DNA of 28,903 nt from Candidatus Thorarchaeota archaeon (lineage in GTDB: Archaea; Asgardarchaeota; Thorarchaeia; Thorarchaeales; Thorarchaeaceae). Under the pieces are notes generated by a model. It was not told where the DNA came from. It saw only the letters and a list, made by a program, of their open reading frames with translations, and did not search any database. The translations under genes and the position numbers were made by a program. The stretch's first letter is position 1; every line of letters begins with the position of its first letter. Location of the stretch: contig JBHLRQ010000033.1 in NCBI GenBank assembly GCA_048882385.1, positions 1 to 28,903 of the forward strand, given 5' to 3'. Positions 10,801 through 17,954 of the stretch are shown here, piece after piece.

Positions 10801-11538
10801 ACCACAGGAAATTGTATAGAATCCTCCGATTGTTGAGGAATTAAAACGAACTCTAACATTTGCCCAGTAAGATTCCAGAGTAGGAGTGTATCCAGTGCGT
10901 GCTGGATCAAGTTCCATATAGGGACTCACTTCTGCTCCAAAAACATCAGCTATGGTGAAATTCTCATTTAGATCACTTGGAATGGGATCAGGCCAAGTAG
11001 CATTTGTACCACTATATGTTAACCAACGATCTCCATCAATATCGTAGTATACCATCCACATAATTGGTGAGTTCTCAATTCCACGGAATTCGCCCTCAGA
11101 GTTTGCTAACGCAGACATGTTGAAGTATTGTCCCATTAGATAGACTCCTGCAGGAGTTTGACCTCCTAATGCGCTGAATGGAATCTCAATTCTAAAGTCA
11201 ACATATTCATCAATCGCGATTTCATCTGCCCATGTTATCAGAGTGAAATCAGTAGTATTTCGTGTGTGCCAGTTAATTGTTGGTCCGAATCTATAGTGAT
11301 TCGATGTCCATGTATTACTATTCTCATGATTCACTGTCCCTAAATCCCAGTCCACTCTTGTATAATTCTCAGGATAATCTGCGAGAATTCTTGGGTTACT
11401 CTTTGCGTAAGAAACCGGATTAGTGAGTGGCGCTTCAGTTGAAATATTGGCAACTGGTGGAGTCATAAATAGTGAAAGTGAAAATATTGCGAGTACAAGC
11501 AGTGAGAATGTTTTCGTAATGAATTTAATCGTGTACAC
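4849..11538 (-). CDS. Giant (2229 aa) secreted, C-terminally membrane-anchored cell-surface glycoprotein
   Basis: N-terminal signal-like hydrophobic segment; W/Y/D/N-rich body with many N-x-S/T sequons; three ~100-aa Ig-like repeats; T7 plus Pro-rich linker; TM helix; KRRK tail. Confidence 0.85.
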   Translation of the reverse strand: MYTIKFITKTFSLLVLAIFSLSLFMTPPVANISTEAPLTNPVSYAKSNPRILADYPENYTRVDWDLGTVNHENSNTWTSNHYRFGPTINWHTRNTTDFTLITWADEIAIDEYVDFRIEIPFSALGGQTPAGVYLMGQYFNMSALANSEGEFRGIENSPIMWMVYYDIDGDRWLTYSGTNATWPDPIPSDLNENFTIADVFGAEVSPYMELDPARTGYTPTLESYWANVRVRFNSSTIGGFYTISCGVQDSEFNSLAESRFEEFNSGRIIGATFNFLVDQAVGGYYDWERVSDDGSALHSATYGTEFNMTATIANGSLLANSTILFEIPNKIQTQNYVYGLYTITREVTGVWDYNNITQTYFWNAAKTVNWTAQKEGFHYEDGYTYLDTGREYIYWDGMPHDQTTYGKAALVYDFVSGTFTNMLAYRYENGTWVDDKEGGHWETVKWYEYEPWPADDRYPLPFIVNETSSGSYWKDGNLVLTYRGHISEDVLPTNSEDSWPLHIEERVTDINGRNLAPLANLPLSPPELAAQYEQLRSLAVESPVSIVTLTHAGEPYQPDWMFQTDIAETFTVKSWLQGGADYFEEIDGIGFFMKAYEEDWGFDGMNDWHQWSEIEIQIRIDSHGLVDVDVFNRTVRTQWRYGSHWEWQMVEIFDGRWEPQYVLVEDWYWEELTWDFVANDWVPRWLSENSPSLKMPVHWLDVVNIMRNLVGNDLRVSFDIVPTLELPQLEWQWKYFYGDLTWVEDYESGWGEHTVLGWNENTVYSYLNGTKIYMEEPVRAEIFRNNETGDFYQREKVAYIEIGAEKIDLKPYFMTDMNENWESNIRSEFNYTTGEEEYFIQFANGTEIKVYSGSVAVVFNITLPALGNTSFLAWGDGPQYTGKDDLHYMIAVNGSVIVLPWSFWNNWMPQFQEVVDVSRVDYTYVTYLNGTTPFYMRGWPEYLGRDHYIMYRNGTYEPVEFWWNEMWGYHYWDMGVLYMFEWPWELMTGVYNSTSFFIPHHMTHSFVYAIIEGTQYQLPAPGIPMWSVWDLNNLENIYNHLTGQYFAKEYAIVNGSTYEAIQLPIQEWEPTNGYLYDIWQIDTGVVYNLTDWSIDSMYRLNYNYDSDGLDNRPWTTIANNSIWIPQVMQEDWTVAYGHRDTITYEFIEDGWLDLQTGFYDGNYQTSQIYDWNMTSGYNYVLTMSGDEFFYNETWRATFLNISLSNGTYFFSRMDHPVAEPTNITMSKIDRYYMIDIYGEYQGWQGWMDYSAELIFVENVTGEPWNGTFFFKGADVPIIHYPVDYWEWDGSQWYNMTYMMDNIVPHHYVFLQSVLNGSKYELVDLYNTPESTKFNFPSWAFDVNGTVYHGRGNQSVIYQAFRTQGYSMKLDYAPLPITIIRTQERIVYGTPAFGMWENDVWTVDPLSGALDLDGNLDTTTDQYYVREIHSSTDYFNVTQQYLDVTILWEPNNSTTSYGDEFNLHSYTGMVTFNWTYDWSELNIWTHADTGQELTAAEYVNVSSTLFDSYGNPRPGYWGIAWMFENRTYTDIVTEAQSKGWDWVEDNSQEWSWLWWELDEQYSTEVSNGTHSDLMDINLAYQYAGMFAWNDTSLDNFMNISSEALGDAELTHYWMPIDVESVNFTTPGEGWGNYNPTDSEYRAVNETIDFGVSFYNVTGEVYPFGVRSYFDWYEGAYYGSDFVEFDERPTECLTEEFSIDVHFTGEVNENVSIPNSADVKFDIAIGDWELDFPSTTNPLEGRSLAVAFYSDISILTSGGLTANASYIDDLGQTITNDQAAASYNFTMASGLSSVALMSLGGTPYDWSKNSSMSTNVDAQTVPVGAFSAIYVSGGGHSATTFSVASTQFYTVIGFPQWDGWAVTVDPIFVGYISHGGIDTYDPEFAGVTAAHYPDAFGDYVRIEAEVHDGGGSGVKTVKVYDIDGVQNYTMAFDEGSGRWIVDILRTDQARYDFNFRIYAEDNAGNEAVSPDSVFHFRDNIAPFVGVLSVVNGTDAYSNEIATITASASDSGGSGLSAVTLTYSNSSGDFIVPMSNSTGDWIGIIPNHAPGTIVSFYITAVDVDGNSFQIPPLQFTFATGGVPDTFGPSITLIAHNPTNPISSESVTVSSDILDISGVDSATLQYRVESGPWINVTMTNVGDTWSGIIPAQADGVSVTYRIVAYDSIGNEGISGENSYVVADSATTTTTTTAGPTPTPPGPSPEDSEAMLMVYGAFGTLVVLVVILGAKRRK
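5005..5913 (-). repeat. Three tandem ~100-aa Ig-like beta-sandwich repeats in the giant protein
   Basis: Repeats start at DTYDPEF (5913), DNIAPFV (5613) and DTFGPSI (5298). They share D..P, V/I.A...D..SG, M......W...I and A.D..GN. Confidence 0.75.
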
Positions 11539-11724
11539 CTCAAGCTAATCATGATTTTATGGTAGCCGCAGCTGCTTCAATTTGGTATAGAGACGTGCTA
11601 TACCGTGTTTACCAAAACAGGATTGTGTCCGGATTCAATCCATACTGGCTTTATCATTAGCAGCGGTACTTTCGTAGCATCTCCCGAATTGATAATATAA
11701 GCCTACGTCGATTGAATCAACTAT

Positions 11725-11763
11725 AAAAATAGAAGAAGGAGGAGCGATTGGAAACCGCTCCTC
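11725..11763 (-). terminator. Hairpin terminator after the SpoIIM-domain gene
   Basis: GAGGAGCG/CGCTCCTC 8-bp stem (11739-11763), followed on the minus strand by CTTCTTCTATTTTT. Confidence 0.65.
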
Positions 11764-11770
11764 ATCAAAA

Positions 11771-14527
11771 TTATGGACCCATTATTGACCAGAAGATAAT
11801 CGGAGTGACAAACGCTTCAATCAGTGCAGCAATAACAAGGAAGAACATAATCAGGATGTATGTCCTCCAGGTTCTTTCATCTCCTAGAAGATGTCGTGTT
11901 TTGGATGGAACTGCTTCCCAATCCTCCTCTTCGATTGTAGGCCAGAGATCCTTTGCAATCCTAAATGATGCAGCTGCTGCAACTAGGAATGTTGGGATTT
12001 CAACAATGGCATGAGGAACTATTCTAGATAGGAATTCCATCAAACCAAGACCCCATGTGTACTCTATGATTGCGATTCCGCCCAGAGTAAGAGCAGTAGA
12101 GAGTACTTCTGCAATTGCCACCGACATGATTCCCAATTTGACATATGTTATGAGAAAGCTCTCATCACGAGTTCTGCCTCTGAAGAATAATCTGTATCCT
12201 CCCGCTAAGATAAGTGGGAGAACTAACAAAGCAATGACAGTGAACTGGTCGTCATAAATGAAATACTCTGCAATGAAGATTGTTATGAACAGAGGGAACC
12301 ACCAAGGTCCGGCGCCTTGTCCCCTACGACTATTTACAAGAGCCATCAAACCAAATATCAGAACCATCGCACCAAAAACATACACTGCTCTGAGTCCAAG
12401 CTGTGCAGTGAATCCCCATCTTGGGTCAAGGGGGTTGAAGAAACCCCTCATAAGATCATATTGAGTCCAGAGATAGGTAATAGCTCCGCCAACTGCAACA
12501 GCAACTATGCTCCATGTTCCAACAAATCGCTCAGTCATTGACTTTCTAGCACCAGCATACCAGAGAACCGCAGACCAGAATATCGGACCCATAACCATCA
12601 TCATGAGAATCCGAATCAAGTTATGTTCTGCGAAGACCACAAACCAACCAAGTGGGTTTGCATTTGGATCAGTCCATCGAGGAGCAAGGAAATCAACTGG
12701 TGGCGGGAGAACACCCTCAAGACCATCAGGATTCGCTATCTTCTGCAGGAGTGCGGATAACAATTCTCTGAAATAGTCGGGGTCAACGAATGCAGTAGAG
12801 ATTCCCCAGATACCAACTATCGCAACGATAAGACCTCCAAAGAACATCACTGCGGACTGGGCTAGGTCACGCTTACTTATACTGAGTAGAGGACCAACAG
12901 CTTCACCGATGGTTTCACGCCAACTTTCTCGGAACTCGAAGAAGTACATTATGAATAATGTGGAAAATACAAAGATTGGTAGATTTACAACTAACTGCAC
13001 AGCTAACCTGTAGAGCTCTTGACCTTCAGTGGGGAGAATTAAGAATGGTCTAAGTCTATTAAAGACCTCTCCAGCATATATCGCAGGTGTCCTATATGTG
13101 CCAACGATGTAATCGAGGCCAGGAAGCAAATAGAACGTCGTCAAAGATATTGTAACACCAGAGAAGAAGGCAAATGATTCTCGTCCTGTATTGAATCGTT
13201 TACGAATATAATGCCCTGAAATACCCAATAAAATCATCATTGCAAAGGGTATAGAGAGCATAACGAATACCCAAATTGTTTCTCCAAGGATCTCAATGTT
13301 ATTTGGAGGGTTGGCAAGAATTTCCACAATGAATTCATCATCTACCGAACGCGGAAAGATTGCGAAAACACCATGTTCTATACCATAATTTAGGGTTGTA
13401 GCAAACACCGATGCTATGTAAGCTCCAGTCACAGCCAAACCAGCACCTACACTAACTCCAAGAGTTTTGAGTGCATTTCCCCAATTGATTCGCGACAGTT
13501 TGGACCTGGCTTGTGCAATTGAATCAAAAGTACGTTTGTATAATACTGCTGAGAAGTCTTCAATTAGTGGGAATATCAGAATAACGAAGATGATAGGTGG
13601 TGCTGCAAGAGCTAGCCCTTGGATATAGTAATTTATGAGGAAGGGAGTGATATCTGGGATAATTCCCCCTTCCACTAGCCCAATAGATAACCAGACATCA
13701 TATCCAAGAATTGCGATAGTAAGAAGTATGTTTAAGCGGAAGAACCAACCTAGAACACCCTGCATCATTTCACTACCCAGGTCACGACCACCCAAACGAA
13801 GACCTGCACCTTTCGCAATTCGATTGGATGCTGGATAGCCAAAACGATAGATCCAGGTAACAAATATGAAAATGGCCAGGACATAGTTATCAGGAAGAGT
13901 TCCGCGTGAATCACCAATTGAAAGGAGAATGTAGTTGGGTAGTGTCCCAATATACACAGAGATTGAAGGGACAATCGTTACTAGTCCAATTATGAGGTAA
14001 TCTCTCCATGCATCTCGCCAGGCACGTGCTTGTACCTCAGGATTGAGTGGCTGCGGTTCAACTCCTTCGAAGGTTATGTTATCCAGTCTATCACTCAGTC
14101 CAGTATATCCATCTGTTTCAGGCTCTCGATTTGTGATACTTCTGATTAGGTTTTTGAACCTCATCTTCATAGGATCTTGAAGCGTTAGTTTGACAGCTAG
14201 AACAAGCATACCAAAAAGCACTGCAAAGAAAGAAACCATTACCCAGATCAAATACTCTTGTAGTGCAGATGTGAATTGAAACAACATATCTGTCACGAGG
14301 AGCCATGACAGAATCCTCGTATCCACGAATGGATCTAGTCCTGTTGATGAGCCAATTGCAATATTAAGGAGGAACCATGTTATTGTTCGAAGATACATCA
14401 GTATAATGAAAGCGTCAATGAGTTTGCTCTTCCTCTTGCCAAAGAAGATGAAATAGGCAAGAGTCACAATGAGTGGGGGTATAAACTCAAACATAATTGT
14501 CAATAGCGTGAGGTCGGCAAGTGCCAT
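11771..14527 (-). CDS. Large polytopic membrane protein with C-terminal SpoIIM (stage II sporulation protein M) family domain
   Basis: 918 aa with many hydrophobic helices. C-terminal VPHAIVEIP...AALIEAFVTP matches the SpoIIM PHG..E.P / AA.IE...TP signature. Confidence 0.8.
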   Translation of the reverse strand: MALADLTLLTIMFEFIPPLIVTLAYFIFFGKRKSKLIDAFIILMYLRTITWFLLNIAIGSSTGLDPFVDTRILSWLLVTDMLFQFTSALQEYLIWVMVSFFAVLFGMLVLAVKLTLQDPMKMRFKNLIRSITNREPETDGYTGLSDRLDNITFEGVEPQPLNPEVQARAWRDAWRDYLIIGLVTIVPSISVYIGTLPNYILLSIGDSRGTLPDNYVLAIFIFVTWIYRFGYPASNRIAKGAGLRLGGRDLGSEMMQGVLGWFFRLNILLTIAILGYDVWLSIGLVEGGIIPDITPFLINYYIQGLALAAPPIIFVILIFPLIEDFSAVLYKRTFDSIAQARSKLSRINWGNALKTLGVSVGAGLAVTGAYIASVFATTLNYGIEHGVFAIFPRSVDDEFIVEILANPPNNIEILGETIWVFVMLSIPFAMMILLGISGHYIRKRFNTGRESFAFFSGVTISLTTFYLLPGLDYIVGTYRTPAIYAGEVFNRLRPFLILPTEGQELYRLAVQLVVNLPIFVFSTLFIMYFFEFRESWRETIGEAVGPLLSISKRDLAQSAVMFFGGLIVAIVGIWGISTAFVDPDYFRELLSALLQKIANPDGLEGVLPPPVDFLAPRWTDPNANPLGWFVVFAEHNLIRILMMMVMGPIFWSAVLWYAGARKSMTERFVGTWSIVAVAVGGAITYLWTQYDLMRGFFNPLDPRWGFTAQLGLRAVYVFGAMVLIFGLMALVNSRRGQGAGPWWFPLFITIFIAEYFIYDDQFTVIALLVLPLILAGGYRLFFRGRTRDESFLITYVKLGIMSVAIAEVLSTALTLGGIAIIEYTWGLGLMEFLSRIVPHAIVEIPTFLVAAAASFRIAKDLWPTIEEEDWEAVPSKTRHLLGDERTWRTYILIMFFLVIAALIEAFVTPIIFWSIMGP

Positions 14528-14706
14528 TCATCAGTCACTCCAGGCAATATACAGAGTTCACAAACCGTTTTCTATCAAAAAAAGGTTCGTTGGACATACA
14601 GATACAGCTAATAATATACAGACAAAATCATGACCGAACATCATTAAGTTGGAATATTGGGAAACATCAAGAAAGTACTGGAGTTGATTGGAAATAAATT
14701 GCCTTA

Positions 14707-14721
14707 CCGAAAGTTTAAAGA
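14707..14721 (+). promoter_or_regulatory. Archaeal BRE/TATA promoter of ferritin
   Basis: CCGAAAG-TTTAAAG: purine-rich BRE followed by TTTAAA (14714-14719). GAGGTG RBS 8 nt before the ATG. Confidence 0.5.
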
Positions 14722-14796
14722 AAACAGATTAGCTATCGTGAAGACAGTTCAACTGAGGGTTGAGAATATCAACACAGAAGTTGAGGTGCATAATTC

Positions 14797-15324
14797 ATGG
14801 AGATAAATAAGGAGCTAGTTGACGCAATCAACGATCAACTGAATTTTGAATTGTACAGTGCTTTCATCTACTTATCAATGGCCACCTGGTTCGAAGATCA
14901 AAATCTGACAGGTATGGCTCATTGGATGGAGGTGCAATACCAAGAAGAGTTTGCTCATGCAATGAGATTTTACAGACATCTAACTGAGCGTGGAGCAAGA
15001 GTTGTGATGAAACAAATTGAAGGTCCGAATACTGAGTGGGCATCAGCTCATGAAATCTTCGCAGATGCCTATCATCACGAAGCAATTGTCACAGAGAGAA
15101 TCTACAAGATTGGTGACATTGCTGACAAATTGGGTGATAGATCAACTCAGGCCATGTTGACTTGGTTCTACAATGAACAGACTGAGGAAGAAGCAAATAC
15201 GATGGAAATCCGTGACAAGCTCAAATTGATTGGTGACTCAATTCCAGCTTTGTTACAGCTTGATGCAGAGCTAGGTGCAAGACCACCTGCAGCTCCCATT
15301 CCAGCTGACTCGACTGCACCATAA
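14797..15324 (+). CDS. ftn: Non-heme ferritin
   Basis: QLNFELYSA..Y, EE..HA, YHHE, WF..EQ.EEE ferroxidase motifs. Confidence 0.95.
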   Translation: MEINKELVDAINDQLNFELYSAFIYLSMATWFEDQNLTGMAHWMEVQYQEEFAHAMRFYRHLTERGARVVMKQIEGPNTEWASAHEIFADAYHHEAIVTERIYKIGDIADKLGDRSTQAMLTWFYNEQTEEEANTMEIRDKLKLIGDSIPALLQLDAELGARPPAAPIPADSTAP

Positions 15325-15354
15325 AACTGCTAAATACACGCTTCCTTAAAGCGA

Positions 15355-15389
15355 CCGGAGGTAGTGCTTTACCTCCGGCACTTGTTTTT
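15355..15389 (+). terminator. Hairpin terminator after ferritin
   Basis: CCGGAGGTA/TACCTCCGG 9-bp stem (15355-15378) followed by CACTTGTTTTT. Confidence 0.7.
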
Positions 15390-15470
15390 CTTAAAGAAGT
15401 ACATTTTCGCACAAGTCGCAGACTACTTATGCTAGAAAATCACCCGTTTTTTCCAGTGTGAGAGGATAAA

Positions 15471-17462
15471 ATGCTACCAGATGATATCATCAAAGCAGTT
15501 ACAGATTCAATATCTGGCATTCGTGCAAAAGACTATGCTTCATCAATCTCAACATTCCATAGAATTCAGGGAAGTCCAGGTTTTCGAGAAGCTGTAGAGT
15601 TTCTAAAATCAACAATAACTTCCATTTCTGATGCGAAAGTTGAGATGTTTGAGTATCCAACAGATGGCAAGATCGCTGTTGCTACTTGGCAAAATCCGAT
15701 GAGTTGGGAAGGGAAAACTGGAACACTAGAGCTAATAGAGCCAGAAATCAAGGTTCTTGCAGATTTCAGTGCTGAACCAATTTCCCTAGTTGCTCATTCG
15801 ACATCAACTGAAATTGATTCAGAAGTTGTCTATGTTGGGAAGGGTCTGAGTCCATCAGATTATGAAGGCAAAGACGTCAAAGGAAAGATTGTCCTAACTG
15901 AGAGTCCTGCCCAGCAAGTTCATAGGGTTGCCTGCATCAAAAATGGTGCTGCAGGATTACTAACATTTGTGCCACCTGAAGGAGTAGACGAACTTGCTGA
16001 GTTAAGGAGGTACGAAGCAATTTGGCCTACAGCTGATGAGGTTGACAAGGCAAGGTTCGGTTTTGCTCTTAAACAGAGTGATGGAGTCAAGATGACGCAA
16101 TGGCTCAAGGAAGGAAAGAAGGTCCGAGTCAAAGCTAAAGTTGATGCGAAACTATTCACCGGAAAACTTCAGGTTCTCTCTGCGCTTCTTCCTGGTGAAG
16201 ATAAATCGAAAGAAATCTGGCTGGCTGCACATCTTTGTCATCCACATCCTGGTGCAAACGACAATGCTTCAGGTAGCGCTGCACTTTTGGAGATCTTAAG
16301 AACTCTCTCAGCTTTGCTAAGAGAGGAGAAGATACCAAATCTGTCATTCTCTATAAGATTCATTTGGATACCAGAGTGGTCAGGAACCATTCTATTCATT
16401 CATAATCAACCTGAGTTGCTCAAACGATGTAAAGCAATGATCAACTTGGATATGGTAGGAGCTGATCCTACCAAGTCAGGATCCGTATTGAATTTGTACA
16501 GGACACCACACTCACTACCTACCACACTGAACAATGTTGTCAGATATTGGCTTCAGTCTGAAGCTAAACGTAAGGATGAAAGACGTGAGGGAGGAATGGT
16601 AGCACCTCTTCCTTTCGAGTATAGTCCATACTCGGCAGGTAGTGATCACTTCATGTTGACTGACAGTACTGTTGGAATACCAGCAGTCATGTTGAATCAG
16701 TATCCAGACAGGTTCTATCACACATCAACAGATACACCTGATAAACTGGACACTAGACAGATAGCATACGCATCTAAGATAGGAGCACTCTCAGCACTAT
16801 CATTGGTTCTCCCAAAACATGTCTACGAGGAAACGATTCTCACAGAAACAAGAAATGAGTTCATTGAACTGATGCAGAGAGTGAGTCTCCGTGGAGTCAC
16901 TGAACTCTCCAGGTGTCTTGGTGATCCTGAGATTATCTATCCACGTGTATTGAGGTGGCTCGGGTTTGCTCATGATCTCGGTCAAGAAACACTTGACATA
17001 GCCAGCACAGAATGGTCACTCATTGCGGAGCAAGAAGCACTCAGACAGTCTTTGAAAACCAGTCTTCAAATGGTCTACACGACGGAGATGGTTGTCGCAA
17101 GAAAGGCTTACGAAGGAGCATGTGCTGAAGTCGGATTAGAGGCAATGCAAGAGGATCAGATTGTATTGGACACTGAAAGTTTTGGCATTGAAGTGAAACG
17201 AATTCATGATCATGCAATGAGCCCTGGATTTATCTTGAACAAGTTGGGCGACAAAGGACCAGAATACATGAAGATGCGAAAGGAGCATGAAGGAATTTTC
17301 GAATCCCTTGATGAGATGCTTAACCTTTCAAAAGATTGGATTGCCCTGGATGTGGTTTGGGACAAAATTTGTTTCCAGTTTGGCAAGATGGAATCAGCCA
17401 AACTTCTCAAGATTGTGAATGATCTCACAGAAGCAGGGATTATCGAATCCAGGAGTGTGTAG
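15471..17462 (+). CDS. M28-family Zn metallopeptidase with PA domain (DUF4910-like) and C-terminal helical extension
   Basis: HRIQGSPG, DY.GKDVKGKIVL (PA domain), AHLCH, GANDNASG, NLDMVG, GSDH, YHTSTDT. Confidence 0.85.
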   Translation: MLPDDIIKAVTDSISGIRAKDYASSISTFHRIQGSPGFREAVEFLKSTITSISDAKVEMFEYPTDGKIAVATWQNPMSWEGKTGTLELIEPEIKVLADFSAEPISLVAHSTSTEIDSEVVYVGKGLSPSDYEGKDVKGKIVLTESPAQQVHRVACIKNGAAGLLTFVPPEGVDELAELRRYEAIWPTADEVDKARFGFALKQSDGVKMTQWLKEGKKVRVKAKVDAKLFTGKLQVLSALLPGEDKSKEIWLAAHLCHPHPGANDNASGSAALLEILRTLSALLREEKIPNLSFSIRFIWIPEWSGTILFIHNQPELLKRCKAMINLDMVGADPTKSGSVLNLYRTPHSLPTTLNNVVRYWLQSEAKRKDERREGGMVAPLPFEYSPYSAGSDHFMLTDSTVGIPAVMLNQYPDRFYHTSTDTPDKLDTRQIAYASKIGALSALSLVLPKHVYEETILTETRNEFIELMQRVSLRGVTELSRCLGDPEIIYPRVLRWLGFAHDLGQETLDIASTEWSLIAEQEALRQSLKTSLQMVYTTEMVVARKAYEGACAEVGLEAMQEDQIVLDTESFGIEVKRIHDHAMSPGFILNKLGDKGPEYMKMRKEHEGIFESLDEMLNLSKDWIALDVVWDKICFQFGKMESAKLLKIVNDLTEAGIIESRSV

Positions 17463-17954
17463 TTGCTGCAAGATGGTCAGTGGCATTACAACAAGGTTGT
17501 CTTTGCGGGTACATTTGACCATCTTCATGAAGGCCATAAGCACATCATAAGTACTGCGTTCAAGTTGAGCAAACATGTGGCTTTGGGGCTTACAAGTGAT
17601 CAGATGATCCAATACAAGAGCGACAAGCAGCTCATCCAGAAATATGATGAGAGATATGCAGAGCTTAAGAGATTCATCAGCTCTCAGTTTGATGAAGAGA
17701 GGAGCAGTATATTCCCAATCGACACGAAGGAAGGTGGTGCTGACAAGATGAAGGATCTGGAAGCTCTCATTGTTTCCGATGAGATTGGAGTGGTTCAAAA
17801 TGCATTTGACATTAATCAGATGCGGATTGATAATGGACTTCCTAGATTCCACATCATCGTAATCCCTAGAGTGAGAACATCTGATGGCAGACCCTTATCG
17901 TCATCAAGAATCAGACGGGGAGAAACATTCCACGAAAATGACCTCATTTACTAG
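17463..17954 (+). CDS. coaD: Phosphopantetheine adenylyltransferase, archaeal/eukaryotic type
   Basis: AGTFDHLHEGHK, GLTSD, ALIVS.E, IN..R...GL, SSSRIR. TTG start directly follows the peptidase TAG stop. Confidence 0.88.
   Translation: MLQDGQWHYNKVVFAGTFDHLHEGHKHIISTAFKLSKHVALGLTSDQMIQYKSDKQLIQKYDERYAELKRFISSQFDEERSSIFPIDTKEGGADKMKDLEALIVSDEIGVVQNAFDINQMRIDNGLPRFHIIVIPRVRTSDGRPLSSSRIRRGETFHENDLIY

Noticed and set aside
15341-15399. Ferritin 3' hairpin containing AGTGCTT, reminiscent of the metazoan iron-responsive element loop CAGUGN
   Set aside because: It reads TAGTGC rather than CAGTGC, has no bulged C at the correct position, and is followed by a T-tract. A terminator explains it.
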